In this document: piece after piece, positions 1 to 13,786 of the stretch
How the letters are laid out: the number at the start of each line of letters is the position of its first letter
How positions within the stretch are numbered: position 1 is the first letter of the stretch
Assembly (NCBI GenBank): GCA_013265495.1
Contig: MU058636.1
Coordinates: 10,205,066-10,269,065 of the forward strand
DNA from: Vicugna vicugna
Lineage: Eukaryota
DNA: 64,000 nt
Direction: 5' to 3'
Made by a program: the position numbers and the translations under genes
Notes under the pieces: model-generated
Told to the model about the DNA's origin: nothing
The model's database searches: none
The model's input: the letters and a program-made list of their open reading frames with translations, nothing else

Positions 1-18
1 CACGTTCATGAGTTGTGA

Positions 19-465
19 TGTTATGGGTTGAATTGTGTCTCCCCAGAAAAGATACGCTGGCTTGATCCTAAGTCACAGGACCTCAGAATGGGACCTTATT
101 CAGAGACAGGGTCTTTACAGAGGTAATCCGATTCAAATGAAGTCATGAGGTTGGGCCCTAATTCAGTATGACCGGCTTTCTTATAAAAAGGGGAAGTTTG
201 GGTACAGGCAGGCTCACAGGGAGAACATCGTGTGAAGATAAAGGTGGAGCCCTACAAGCCAAGGGACTCCAAAGATTGCCCGGAAGCCACCAGAAGCTGG
301 GAGGGAGGCATGGAACAAACTGTCCATCTCGGCCCTCAGGAGGAGCCAACCCTGCTAACGCCTTGATCTCAGACTTCCGGCCTCCAGAACTGAGACGATA
401 ACTTTCTGTTGGTAAGCCACTCAGTTTGCAGTACTTCGTTACAGCAGCCCGGGCAAACTAATACG
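19..465 (+). mobile_element. MaLR solo LTR, MLT1B/C-like
   Basis: Starts tgttatgggttgaattgtgtc; contains ccttgatctcagacttccggcctccagaactg; ends gtacttcgttacagcagcccgggcaaactaatac. These are typical MLT1 motifs, recognised by eye. Confidence 0.9.
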
Positions 466-559
466 GCAGATACCAGCACATTCGGTCCACACGGCTTCAC
501 CTCCTGAGGGCCTTCACACTCAAGGTGTCTCCAAATCTGTGCACGGCTGCCTCCTTCTT

Positions 560-920
560 CCCATGCAGACTTCAGCTCATATGACACCTCTCCAGACCCT
601 TCCCGGCCACCCCAGCTAAAGGACATCATCCTCACCCCATCACTCCATCCCACTGCCTGATTTATTTTCTTGATAGCACTGTCACTCTCTTTGTCAGCTG
701 TTTTGCAGGTTTCTCATCTTGCTCCACACCTCCACAGCGTAAACCTGGGAGAGGGAGATTCCTGTCCATCTTGATCACAGCCATGCATCTTAACAGAAGC
801 CGAATACTTTGTCGAATAGGAGCACAAAGTGAAAGGAATTAAGAAATCAGGAAGGGACTGTCTCATTTATTCATTTCTTCATACAGTTTCTTCAGTAAAC
901 ATTTATTGAGTATATGAGTG
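560..920 (+). mobile_element. L2 3' fragment(s), degenerate
   Basis: cttcagctcatatgacacctctcc..., gcactgtcactctct, gtaaacctgggagagggag...ttgatcacagc; an opposite-orientation cattcattt...aaacatttattgag end lies near 865-910. Confidence 0.6.
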
Positions 921-1604
921 AGTGTCTAGAATTCTACAAGCCTCTGAAGAAATTCAAAAGAACTTGAAGTCTTAGCCATTGATAAACACAGGAAACTTCC
1001 AAAAATAGTACCGCCCAATATCCGGTAAGTAGGAAAGTTAGGTTACATCCCGTAACATCTGAAATCAATTCCAGCATTAGCACCACTTCACTCCTACCCC
1101 CTTCCTTCCTTCATGTTTCTGTGTGCATAGCAAGAGTCCTGTGAAACGGGACAATGGAGCCAAAATGTGCCTAGACCCTCCCGGAAGGATAAACTCTCTA
1201 CCTGCCCCTTCCTCCCCTGACCCCAAATTCACACGTGAGGAGCCTCCAGGAAGTCTCGGCAGCTTCAGTCCTGATGGCCCCCGCCTGTGTCTATCACCTC
1301 CCACCTCCCAGTGAAACAAGACCGTCAGGGACAGACTGATTTGAGAGTAAAATGAGTATCTGTGATGATGCCCCATGCTGCTCCTCCACCTAAATTAGCC
1401 TCTGAAAAGTGGCTAAAGTTTGATGCTCCTTGTAATTTACAGCCTGCTAACCAGCACTGCTGCCCACCCCTACCCCTCCCTCCACAGGACCGGCCCAGCC
1501 ACAGGTACCTTACAGGGCTGCCTCCAGTTGGAACTGGATGAAGACGTGTTGCCTGTGTCACCCTGACCCCTAACTTTGATCTTATGCTAAGAACGACCTT
1601 TGGT

Positions 1605-1790
1605 CTGTGAACCCTGGCCACTGCTCATCCCCTCACCAGCTGTGTGAACTTGTACAAGTTCTCTACATAGTCTGAGTCCATTTCCTTCATTGGGCGATGA
1701 TGACCCCTACCTCACACCAGTGCCAGAAGGAGGAAGCACCAGTAAAATGCCTTTTCTGTAGTAAACACTTAATAAATAGTAATTGAATGG
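1605..1790 (+). mobile_element. MIR SINE
   Basis: ctcaccagctgtgtgaacttgtacaagtt...tctgagtccatttccttc...cctacctcac, ending taaacacttaataaat. Confidence 0.7.
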
Positions 1791-4700
1791 AACCTTTTCA
1801 GTTGTATGTATGGAGTGAACATAGATCATAGTTCTGAACTATGATCATAACTTTATCATAGTTATGGTCAAGAATGATCCTACAGAGAGCATTGTATCAA
1901 TGAGGAGGTTTTGCCAACATTCATTTTAATGGATTACAGATTATTGAGGAGAAAGTGGGACAGGAGATTAAAGCAAATGACCCAGGCCTAGAGTGGGAGG
2001 GATGGTGAGGAGCCCAAGAAAGACTGAGGAAGTTAAAGGGAACCACACCATAAGGAAGCCTAGTTCTGGGAGAACCCTGGGCCACAGTCTAATGAACAGC
2101 AGTGCTGCCCAGAGTCTTAGTGTTGCTGACAAGATAGCATGGCCTGGATTCAACTGGAAATAAAAGAAACACTTTTCTTTAAGGACCAGAAACATTCAGA
2201 TAGAGCTTTGATTCAACTGTGGCAGAAATTAGACAAAACTTTTACAGAAGGCTGGCCTAGGACCCCATGAATCTAGCAAGGCTCCCAAGGCACCTATAGG
2301 ATCCAGGCAGACGATACAAAAGGGTGAAGCAGAGGCTGCAGTGGGGAAGCAGGTGTGAAGTGCCTACACTGTGCAAAGCATATTACCTGCCTAGTGACAC
2401 TGCCTTTAAAACACTGCCCCGTGGCATGGCCCACAGATCACAAGCTCGTGATCTCTGCCAGCATACCCACAAATTTCCCATTTATGTGTAGTTTGTGACC
2501 CCAGATTCTCCACGTTGCAATGCAATAGTTTCCTAGTGGAATGGTTTATGGGGTGGGATGTTGCTGACAACAGGAAATGGACACAAAGGAGAGAGGAGAC
2601 AACTGATGTAGCCTCTGGGGGATGGCAGAAGGGTCCTATGTGGGAACCTGGAGGTTCCATCATTGATGTAAGAGAGGCCTCATCAGGCTCTGATTTCTCA
2701 GTTCAGTCAGTTAGACCATTCTTCAGCACCAAGGTATGAATTTTAAAAATATATATCCATGAAAATGAGATCATGAAGTATTTATGAAGATTTTCTTGTA
2801 TGAAAAGGTTGCATAACCTAGTTCTGAAGAATGTCACAACTGTCCTCCTGTGGTGCCATCTGCACCTGTTGCAGGGACAGGAGCTGTGACTGGGTGGGGA
2901 AGCGCCAGGGCATGCTGGTGGTGTGAACCACACAAGCCTGACTGACAAACCTGCAAAGCAGAGACTGCCTGCTCTGACACCATCGCCACCACGTCTCTGG
3001 CTCAACTTGCCCACTTGTAACTGCCACCCGTGCAGATCACGCAGGAGCAATCTCACCAACCAGTTTTTGGGACGCATATGAAGCAAATGGCATCCATTTA
3101 TGGGCTCCAAAATTGGAACATGCAGGAAAGATCATGTGTCCCTTCTGAGTGTCTTGGTGGTCCTCCTGGTCTCGCCCGGGATAAGGAGATACCTGAGGCC
3201 TGAGAAGTCAGGCCCGTACTTGGCTGGACCTTTTGTTTACTGAATGGCTGCTGCCAGGTCTCCTCTCACCGGTATCTGTTTCTCATTTACAAACAGGATA
3301 ATGATCTCTTCCAACCGCACCCAGGAACAACTGGAGAGGACAACAGTGACCTTCTACATTCCCTCCCGACCGTGGAGTGCTGTAGCACTTTGCGATCGAC
3401 GCTGCCATCACACGTTCCTGACACTGACAAGCAAGTTACATTGAAATAATTAAATATTTCCCAGTGGCTTTTTTGAAAATAGTTGAAACATGGAAATAAA
3501 ATCAGCCTTACAAAGGAGCACCCAGATTCCAAGTTGAAAGAGACTTTAATTTGGAGGTCGACTTTCTCCCTAGGTTTAATTCCATTTTGTTTACCAGAAG
3601 CAAGAAAACTGGGCATAAAAGCATTTTAGTGCCCACATGGCTGGAATAAACCACCTCATCACCACTGAAGGCAGATTCCAGATAAAACCGAACAGTTGAA
3701 AACATCATCTATATTACCTTGGGTTTGTTTACTATTCCTTCCTGAGTGGATGACAGGAATTAAAATAATAGAAACTTAGACAATAAACCCATTAAATCAA
3801 GGATACAAGAACAATCTCCAAATAATGAAATGGAAGAAACAACTATAGCCAAAAGCCTTGACCGAAGAGAGTCATTTTAACGAAGTACTGGGTATAGTTC
3901 GTACTTGCTGTTCTTTCGGTATTTGTTGTTCTTTCATAAATTTTTCAAGTAGCTGTTTCTCAGAGTGCTAAGAAAGATATTCAGCTCTGAAACTCTCAGC
4001 TTTAACCTGCTAAATAAAACTGGATGTTCCAGAAAAGGAGGTTATGGGTAGATGTGGCCATAGATTCTGAAATTAGTGGAAATGTTTACCATACTTTTAT
4101 CTCCCTCTATCCCCAGAAAACAACAACAACAAAAAAATGTTTTTAAGAAAATGTAAAGGAAATTATCTTACAACAATGACGGTATTGTCTCAAATGCTTG
4201 CATTTTCTTAAGTCTAAATCCTTCTACTGTGATCTTCCAGGGAAAAGACCTTGGTGGTTTGGTTGTCCTCATTTGACACATTAGCCACAAGCCTTTCACA
4301 TACAGAAAACCGGAGCCATGTATAAATAAGCGCTCATGGAATCACTTTCCAAATACCCAACACTGCATTTTCAGAAAGCAGTCTCTATCGTAGGCCCATC
4401 AATTACCGTAATCACATCTCCCACTGGCCAGACACCCGTCAGAATATATTTTAAGAATTCAAAGGCCGCTCTGTCGAAGACAAGCCAGCTTGACTTTGGG
4501 TCCAGTATTCAGATGGGGAGGTGCGGAGGAGTTCGCTGAGCTGTCCCGGGGACAGTTGCAGGGGACTGACCGCACTGTGGTTCCTCAGCCACAGGAGGAA
4601 TCAGGCAAACCTAATTTTGCACAAGATTTCATTTCCTCCCCGTAGAGATCCCGAGGCTTGACAGCCCTGTGGTTCAGGACATGATCTGAAGGAGGAAGTT

Positions 4701-5471
4701 GAGCACTGTTCCCTGTTATATGACCCCTCCAACTGAAGAGAGGCCTGTGGAAATTCTGACCCTACCCTTGGGTCCCATGATGAGCCAGCTTGATTCTCAG
4801 TTTCGTGGAGCACAGGGTGGCAAGTCTTCCTGGGTGCAGGCTGGGGACGATGGTCTTATCCTCTTTAGCCAAAGAACAGGAGCTACTATCTCTGCTGACC
4901 TTGCAGAGCCAGAGGCAAACCCAATTCGTCCAGTCCCATAGCAGGTGGCATGGGGAGGTGACTCAAAGAAAATGGCCCCTCTGAAAGTGTGTTTCAGTGT
5001 TTTGGTTGTTTGAGGAATGGCTTCCGGGTCCTTGTCAGGAATGTTCTGTAACTAACGCCATCAGTGGTTCGGCCTGGGGCAGGCAGTGCCATTCCCTTGC
5101 ATGAGCTCCCAGAGCCATGACAGTGTGCTCCGCGGAGGTGTCCCACTGAAGCCCATGTTTGGAAGGCGAGACCTCCACCCATCTAGGGCACACTAGTTGT
5201 CCTTTATGACACACCTTTCCTCACAGCTGAGGAGCCTCAGACCCCGTATTCAACAGAATCATTCAGGTGTGTGTTCTGTGAAGTTGATCAGCCTGTTTAA
5301 TTTGGAACTGCTCCATAATTGCTCCATCAGCCTACGTTATTCTGGGCTTCCTTTTCCAACCATATACTTCAGATCCAATTTTCACATACCTGTGAAACTG
5401 TGCTACCAGAAAACTTAGCTATTGAAGAAATTTCATAAGCGTTTTCACTTACCTCACAAGTTGGCTTAGAG

Positions 5472-5651
5472 CAGAGGTTCTCAAAGAATGCTGGGGAGCA
5501 CTAGCATCTCCTGGGAACTTGTGAGAAATGCAAATTCTCGGGCCCCACCCCAAACCTCCTAAATCAGAAACTCTGAGGGTGGAACTTGACAATCTGTGCT
5601 TTAACAAGGTCTTCTTTGATTCAGAAGCAGCCACAGGTTTGAGAACCACTG
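5472..5651 (+). mobile_element. MER5A (hAT-Charlie MITE), full length
   Basis: TIRs cagaggttctcaaa...tttgagaaccactg; core gggaacttgtgagaaatgcaaattctcgggccccacc; degenerate 8-bp TSD gcttagag/gcttaaaa. Confidence 0.92.
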
Positions 5652-7399
5652 GCTTAAAAGAGAGGTCTCTCTTTGCCACAGTCAGTGAGGACTTCATACA
5701 TACACATATGAAATGTTTGGGCAGCAGCTGAATGTGGAATAATTTTTCAGTTTAAAGTAGGACAAGAGGCAGGGGGTAGAATTTCACTTCATGGATCATC
5801 TTCAAATTTGTTTCTCTTGGAGCGGAGTTCTTAACCAGGCATATAAAACGGAGCAGAAAACATCTTGGAAGATGTTTTGAACACCCAATTATTTTGGCAA
5901 AGGATGACATATTCTTTACCCCTCCGTCACGGCCTTACAACAGTGTGTAATGCTAGTCAGAGAACTCACTCATCCAGACCGATGGAGAAAGTGAACCTGC
6001 GTCTGTTTAACTCTTCCACTCCCACCTCCAGCAATGCCATTTTCAAGATCCAGGAAGAAAGTAAGTTGTGACAAATGACAACCAACATAATCTTGGCCAC
6101 GATGACAAGAATAAAATACAGTTAGTTTTCTCTGGTCACTTTTCCTTGAAAACAGGGATCTAAACATGCAGGTTTTCCTTGATGTCACTGTGGGATACCA
6201 TGCCCGGCATTTCCCTTTAAGAGAAATGGCAGGTGAAATAAAGCTCATATTTCTAATGTTTGATTCTCATCTTCTTCTCACAAAAGAAGCAAACTAAAGA
6301 TCAGGAATGCCCTTAGAAATCTGCCAGTGGTTTTATGGTTTTCATTAAGGAACAAATGGCCTGGTTGAAAACTTAGCAATTTGAGAGGTTTTAAGTCCCT
6401 CAAAGGATATAATGTGAAGACCCATTTTGTCAGAAACACCAGACTTGTTTAACAAGGATGTTCAGTTTTAAAAGATACGAATAACATTTGAGTCCTGCTC
6501 TCATATCTGATCCTTTAATCATTCAAATTATGTATCCCAAACATAACCAACAAAAGGAAAAGGAGAAAGCATTGCTTTGCTAAATGTCTCCCACCACTAT
6601 TTAAATACAAAAAAAATTTTGATTTTAAATGAAGTTCATAGGGTAAGTTGCCAATTCTCATGTTTATGAAAAAATTCATTTTCTTGTGGAATAATATGAA
6701 CCTAAAAATGGAGCCAGTTTAGCAAATTGAGGCAAGCTTCTTGTTTTGAAGCAAAGATTAGCTTTGACTACCAAAGATCCAGTCTGGAGACAAAGTTCAA
6801 GTCTGTAAGAGTGAAGGATAAAGAGAAAGAACAAAGGTTGGGGTCCAGAGTTAAGGAGACTTGAAAAGTGTTAGAGTAAGGAGTCAAGAAAGAGGAAGTG
6901 AAAGAAGACACACCACCCATGTGAACTCAGCTACCCCGTTCAACCTAAAACTTGTAGGACGTCCACCGCTTTGCACTTCACCTGGATGTGCACTCTCTTC
7001 TCCCTGTTCCTTCTGTAGCTCTATCTGCTGCTGGTCCCCTCTGCCTCTCCAAGGAGAGCCACTGATGTTCACCTTAGGTCTGTTTCTAACTACTGACCAA
7101 AAATTGCCTCCTGCTAGAGAAATTACTATGAATTCGTAGACATTAAGTTCCAGGGCAATTCATTGATATTAATTCAGTCCCACAAGTTTTGTCATAGCGC
7201 AATGTAATGAACATGTTATATGAAAAGTTTAAAATTAAAAAAAAACAGACACATGGTATCCAAAACAATGAAGTACATAAACTTCCCAGAAGTCTAATTG
7301 AAAAAAAAGTCAGTACAAATATGCAAAATTGGGAATGGCTGGCACGAGAGCTATGAAGAAGTTATTTTATTTCATGAAAACTGTGGGCAACTCTCTGCT

Positions 7400-8620
7400 A
7401 ATAACTCTGAAATGGATGTCTTAGGGAGATGATATATATTGAATTAAGAAGTAGGGCATTTTAAGAGATAAATAATCATAAATGAAATGGACATCATTAT
7501 CAGAGAACTGCTTCCCCCAAAACTCTGATTGATCAGTTAGCTTTACAGGCAAATTACATACATTTTCTTTTTTTCACACAAACAAATATTACCGGTCCCA
7601 GGAAAAACTCTGATAAATGTTTCCGTCCATTTTTATGACGCTACCACAACCCAGATTCTACAACCTAACAAAGAAAACACAAAATAGAAGTCTACAGATC
7701 AAACTCACTTATGATATGGATATAAAAAATCTAAACAAAAAATAAATTTTAGTGCAGCAAGCAAGATAACAAAAATTAATGATCCAATATGGCTTATTTG
7801 TGAATGTGCAAGTGGTTAAATAATCCTAAATCAATTTCTATAACACATCACTTCAAGGATATGGGAGAAAAATAAGATAATTTTTTCAACTGATATCAAA
7901 CATTTAAGAATCATTCCTGAAGTGCGAAAAAGAAGTGCTTAGCAAACTAGTAATAGGATACTACCTTAACATTTCAAATAATAATACTTCTTAGGTCAAC
8001 AGTGAATATTTTCATTAAAAATGAAATGCTATAGGTGCCCTTATAAACATCAACAGACAAATAAATAGGGATACATAAAAACAACTCTTATCTTCATATT
8101 TAAAATCCACATGTATGTGTGTGTATATATTTATATTTTCTAGCCAGTACAAGAAGACATCAAGCAGATGCATAGTAAGTAGAAAGAGACAAAATTCCTT
8201 TCCAATATATAACCATCTATATAAAAATAAAACAAAGAGCACATGCACACAACATACATGAACAAAACCAGAAAATCAAAATAAATAAAAATTCAACAGC
8301 TTTTATGTTTTTACATATTATCACAAATACATATGCATACAAAAAGAACTGGAAAACGTAATGAAAAAAATTATCTGATCCATAATACCAGCAAAATACA
8401 AAACATGTTAAGGATAGCCTTATGAGCAGTATAATGCTTTACGGAAGGACGTAAAGAGAAAGCAAATAACCAGGTCAGTGCTACAAAGATGTCAGTTCTT
8501 CCCAAAGAGACCCACAGGTTCAAGGTATTTCCCACAAAACTTCTAGCATCCAGTAAGTAATTTTACATTCTCAGACAAACTGCTTTGGATAATTTACGAT
8601 GCCAAGGAAGATAATCCACT
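7400..8620 (+). mobile_element. Ancient L1 (L1M/L1ME-like) ORF2 remnant
   Basis: A-rich segment with decayed ORF2 motifs (ttttatgacgctaccacaacccagattctacaacctaacaaag; ctacagatcaaactcacttatg; aaagatgtcagttcttcccaaa). Confidence 0.65.
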
Positions 8621-10807
8621 GTGAACTACTCAGGCAAACGCCCTGAAGAACTTCAGCCTCATCAAGCAACATTTACTGAGCGCCTAACTTTGGATAAACA
8701 ACAATTACCAACACTGGTGATGAGAATAGCATGCAGGCTCGTGGAGCACCTGGCCAGGATCCGGAGGCATGGGCAGGTGCTCAGGTGTGCCACCTGTAAT
8801 GAGAACAGCTGATGCCCGACGGGGAGCGACTGTGGGAAGCAGCGGATGCTCCAAGCAAGTTGTCCTCAGCTGGTCCTTAACATCACAGCCCAGCTAGAGC
8901 AGTCCCCACTGGAAAGTAAACCAAGCGCTAACGTGCTGCAGCCTGAAGTCCTAGGGGAGAGGCTCCCTGCAGGTACAAGTGATGGTGGAAAGAAGACAGC
9001 CCTGAGCTTGAGGATGCTGCCAACAAAAATCTAAGAGATAAGCTGTGATGCAGTGTTGCCCACCCAAAATGCAAGGTGTGGAAAAGGAGAGGGAGAACGT
9101 GAGTTCAGGCTTGCCTCTAAATTTTACTTAAGTGGCCACCACGATGGTGAACTCCTGTGCCTTCAGAGAAGGAAGAGGGATGGAGGGACTGGCTCCCCTC
9201 CTGCCCCAAGCACTGCCACGCTGTAATATGACAACCATGGGCCGACAAGTCCCGAAAGAGAATACAGAGCAGCACCACCCAACTCTAAGATCTGCCAATC
9301 CACCCTAATCTGCAAGGCCAAGGTGAGTGGCAAGGCATGGAGGAGGGCAGAGTACTGGCTGAGTCACCAGTGGGGCAGGGCGGGCGCTGGGCTGCAGCCC
9401 TCCCAGCGGCGGTCAGGCATCCCGGCACATCAGCAAAGACTACACTCTCCCCCGACCCCGCCATGGAAGGGAAAGCAACTAGGGAGCACGGGGTGGGTGG
9501 ATGGGTCTCCCGTTCTTTGTTCGAATTCCAGTATTCCTGTGACCTCTGGGGCCAACTCCAGCTATACCATCCCTCCAAACCTTTGCCTCTCAAAATTCCA
9601 CACATTTCAAGACTCAGCTCAAATGACTGCTTCTTTTTGGTGACGCAGTCCCCAGCTCCATCCTGGCCCCAAAAAGGGCGACTCAATCAGAATGTGTCAC
9701 TCTGAACCCCGCATCCCCTGACACTTTGCCTCCATCTCCAGTGGGGCATCTGTTCACGCTGCCTTTGATTCCAGTTAGTTGAATTCACATCTGTAAACTG
9801 CACACATAGGAAGGAGGTGGGACCGTCTCCTTCAATGCCTGGAACAACAGTTGCTCAACATAGATTATGAGGATGCTCAATAAATATTTTGGAATAAACT
9901 TAATTCCTGCTCTGCCTGTGATTGAGCTGTGGGGGAGGAGAAAATTCCAGTTCTTCTTTTGGCAGCTTCTTGGGACCTTCGGGACACAAAGCAGTCAAGT
10001 TCTTGGGCATTAATTAACTGAAGAACCCAACCCTTCGGTTTCCTGGTTTTCCTGATTACGCTCTGTCTGGCTTCTTGCAAAAATGTCAGAGCAGTCTCCA
10101 TCAGCTTCCCCCATTCCGTGTTCATCCCCAACGCTTGCCAGAGATCAGCTTAATTTAATTTTGCTCTGACAATATGATGTTCACACAAGAATTCTTGAAT
10201 GTTTCACACTTGCCAATGTTTGAACGTGGATTTCTTTCACACTCTCTGTTATATTTTCTTCTGGAGGCTTAGTTTGGCAAATTCTGCCATCTCCTTTAGG
10301 AGAAGTGCTATCTTTGCCAATAAAAAAGTGTTCTCAGGCCAAAATTCCTTCCTTCCATACACACATACATATATAGCATCTATGCTTCATGCATAACCCA
10401 ATACAGGGTCTCTCTGCCACCATGCGGGGTACAGAGGGGGAGGAATGTCGGTGCACCTCCCTCCTCCCTGGGATGTCAGCCTGGAGGACACAGGATGTAC
10501 ACAGCCAGTCACCTTGTGCCTACAGGATCCACTAGCCCAGGCAGATCAAGGGTGGGGGGAAGGACTGGGGAGCTTTTTGCTCTGGGTGTCTTTTCATTCC
10601 ACCCCTCAGCACTAGCTTTCCAGCCTACACACACACACACCACTCTTCCGTGTGCCTGGCACAGAGCCACAAAGCTATTCCCAGCTGTGGGGCAGCTGAG
10701 AGCAGAGTCACAGCTGCGGCCAGGATGGTCCTGGGAGGAGGGAGCTGCAATCAGCTCTTCTCTGAACCAGGAAAGGCATGTCCTTACCTCCCTGCCCCAC
10801 CTCAAGG

Positions 10808-11100
10808 CGGGGCGAATGGGTGAAGGGGGTCAAAAGGTAGGAACTTCAGTTATAAAATAAATAAGTCATGGTGATGATAGTTAATAATACCATATTGCAC
10901 ATTTGAAAGTTGCTAAGAGAGTAGACTTTAAGAGTTCTCATCACAAGGAAAAAAAAAATCTGTAAAGTGTGAGGTGATGGGTGTTAACTTATTGTGGAGG
11001 TCATTTTGTAATATATACAAACATCATATCATTATGTTGTACACCTCAAACTAACATAATGTTATATGTCAATTATAATCTCAATAAAAGAGGAAGGAGG
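10808..11100 (+). mobile_element. L1MA8/9-like 3' end
   Basis: tttgaaagttgctaagagagtagactttaagagttctcatcac...tgttatatgtcaattataatctcaataaaa, followed by an A/G-rich tail. Confidence 0.9.
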
Positions 11101-11953
11101 AAAGAAAGAAACTGAGGTAGCAATTTGCTAGCAGTTTTTAAATCTCTGCCACCTGTGGACTTGAGCACTCTGGTAGAATAATCATTCTCTGGTCTAGGAG
11201 TAAAGTTGGCTGAATAAACAGTGACAGGCAGAGGTGTCTCTGAGGTCCGGGCTGACAGCAGCGCCCGGAGGAGTCATCTGAGAAGGAGCCGAGTCTCCCC
11301 GTCCGCACAGCAGAAGACCCCCAGGCTCTTCATCACATCTCAGCCTCGCTGTGGATGCGGCTGTGAGATGATCACAAGGTTTAGAGACAAAGACTGAGGT
11401 ACTGAGTCCCTGTTCTTTTCTTCCTGATTACACAATCAGAAGAATTTCTTTAACCCCTTTAAATCCAGTAGGCAAGCAGGAAGTAAGACTGGAAAAAGCC
11501 AAATGGAGCAAATATTAACGGACCAGTTTGCCAGGCACAGAACACACTGGCTGCCTGTCTCTGATTATTAGACCTCTATTTACCTTGATGCATCAGCATA
11601 AAAATACAGGAGGCACTCTGCAGGGCACGCCTCACAGCTGCATCCCCCTGGGGTGCCCTGGTGATGCCAACTAAGCCAGGCTCGAAGAGTCATTTGCCAG
11701 AAGTTGCAGCGCATTCCCCTGGAGGGGTCCTGATCTTCTGGAACAATCCTTGCTCATCTCAGCAATGACTGGGAGGAGACCAAAGATCCCTGGCAAACTG
11801 AGGGAATGCAGCAGGCAGAGCCCTACTGTATTTCTTTTTAAATCAAAGTAATTTATTAGGCTCAGTTTTGGTTTTTTAACAGCTTTACTGGTAAGTAACT
11901 GACATACAACAAACTGCACACATTAAAGTGTACAACTGAGAAGTTCTGACAAA

Positions 11954-12219
11954 TGTATCTGAATAATGTCCATATCCTAGTGCACATGATACCTGGCACC
12001 TAGAAGGGACTTGGCAGATAAAGCAGGATTCTCTCTCCATCTCAAGATCCTTAAACTAATCCCTCTTCTAGAGCCTCCAGAAGAAACAGTCTTGCCAACA
12101 CCTTGACTTAAGCCCTGTAAGACTCATTCCGTACTCCTGACCGCCAGAACTGTAAGAGAATACATTTAGGCCACTAGGTTTGTGGTAATTTGTTGTAGCA
12201 GCAATAGGAGCCTCATACA
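11954..12219 (+). mobile_element. MLT1D-like solo LTR, internally deleted, with a micro-inversion
   Basis: 5' part gaataatgtccatatcctag...gggacttggcagat; 3' part ctagagcctccagaag...gtttgtggtaatttgttgtagcagcaatagg...ataca. Confidence 0.75.
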
Positions 12220-12561
12220 GTATATATCCAGGAAGCCACTGACACTGTCTCCAGGCCACTGTTTATCTGCTCTCAGTCACGATAGGTTAGTCTGCCCTTT
12301 CTAGAATGTCATCTGCATGGACTCATATAGTGTGTACTCTTTTTTGATTGACTTCTTTTCATTCAGCATGATTATGTTAAGATTTATCCATGGTTTCACC
12401 TACATTAATAATTTACTCCTTTTATTGCCGAGTAGTATTCTAATGTATAAATATACCACACTTAGTTTATCCATTAACCTACTGATGGCCATCTGCATTA
12501 TTTCCTTTTCTGATACATAAATAAAACTGTTACAAATAGTCATATTCTAATCTCCGGATGG

Positions 12562-13011
12562 TGTGATGGGTTGAACTGTGTCCCCAATAAAGGATATGCC
12601 AAAGTCCTAATCCCCTTCAGAATGACCTTATTTAGAAGGGTCATTGCAGATGTAATTAAAGATGAGATCACAAGATTGTAGGCAGTTCCCTAATCCAACG
12701 TGACCAGTGTCCTTATATGAAGATGGCCACACAAAGACAAAGACGCGGAGAGAACACCATGTGACAACGAAAGCAGAGACTGGAATTTTGTGCAGCTATA
12801 AGCCCAGGAATGCCTTCAGGTTCCCACAAATCACCGGACGCTAAGAAGAGGCAAGGAAGGATTCCCTTACAGATTTCAGAGACAGGCTGGCCCTGCTGAC
12901 ACCTTGATCTCAGACTTCCAGCCTCCAGAAATATGCAACAATATATTTCTGTTGTTTTTCAGCCACCCAGTTTGTGGTACTTTATTATGGCAGTCCTAGG
13001 AAACTAGTACA
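12562..13011 (+). mobile_element. MLT1C-like solo LTR, full length
   Basis: TG...CA termini (tgtgatgggttgaactgtgtcccc ... gcagtcctaggaaactagtaca); 5-bp TSD gatgg/gttgg. Confidence 0.92.
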
Positions 13012-13329
13012 GTTGGACAAATGCTTTTGTTTCTCTTGAGTAAATGCCTAGGAGTGGAAAAGCCGGATCATGTGGTAAATGTATCCTTAATTGTTTAAGA
13101 AATTGCCAAACTGTCTTCCAAAGTGTATCTTTCTACATTCCCACTAGCAGGGTAGGAGAGTTCCAATTTGCCCACATCTTTGCCAACTCTTGGTTGACAG
13201 TCTTTATAACTGCAGCCATTCTAATGGGAGTATAGTGGTACCTCATTGTGGTTTTATTTGCATTGCCCGCATGACTAATGATGGTGAGCATCCTCTTTAG
13301 GGAAGTGTCTGTTAAAACTGTTTGCCCGT

Positions 13330-13786
13330 TTTTTTTAATTGAAGTATAGTTGATTGACAATGTTGTATTTGTTTCAGGTGTACAGCAAAGTGATCCAGTT
13401 ACATATATATATATTCTTTTTCATATTATTTCCCATTATGGTTTATTACAGGATATTGAATATAGTTCCCTGTGCTACACAGTAGGACCTTGTTGTTTAT
13501 CTATTTTTATATAGTAGTTTGTATCTGCTAATCCCAAACTCCTAATTTATCCCCCCGACACCCTTTCTCCTTTTGTAACCATAAGTTTGTTTTCTATGTC
13601 TGTGAGTCTATTTCTGCTTTGTTAATAAGCTCATTTGTATCATAGTTTAGATTCCACATGTAAGTGATATCATATGGTATTTGTCTTTCTCTTGCTGACT
13701 TACTTCACTTAGTATGGTCATCTCTAGGTCCATCCATGTTGCAGCAAATGACATTATATCATTCTTTTTATGGCTGAGTAATATTC

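Noticed and set aside
3268..3300. PEBP-family motif (HRYLFLIYKQD resembles HRYVWLVYEQD)
   Set aside because: The upstream G..PP..G motif and the rest of the fold are absent, so a chance match is likely.
5865..6071. Coding exon ending at a gtaagt donor (6061)
   Set aside because: No convincing acceptor, no recognisable protein similarity and no partner exons.
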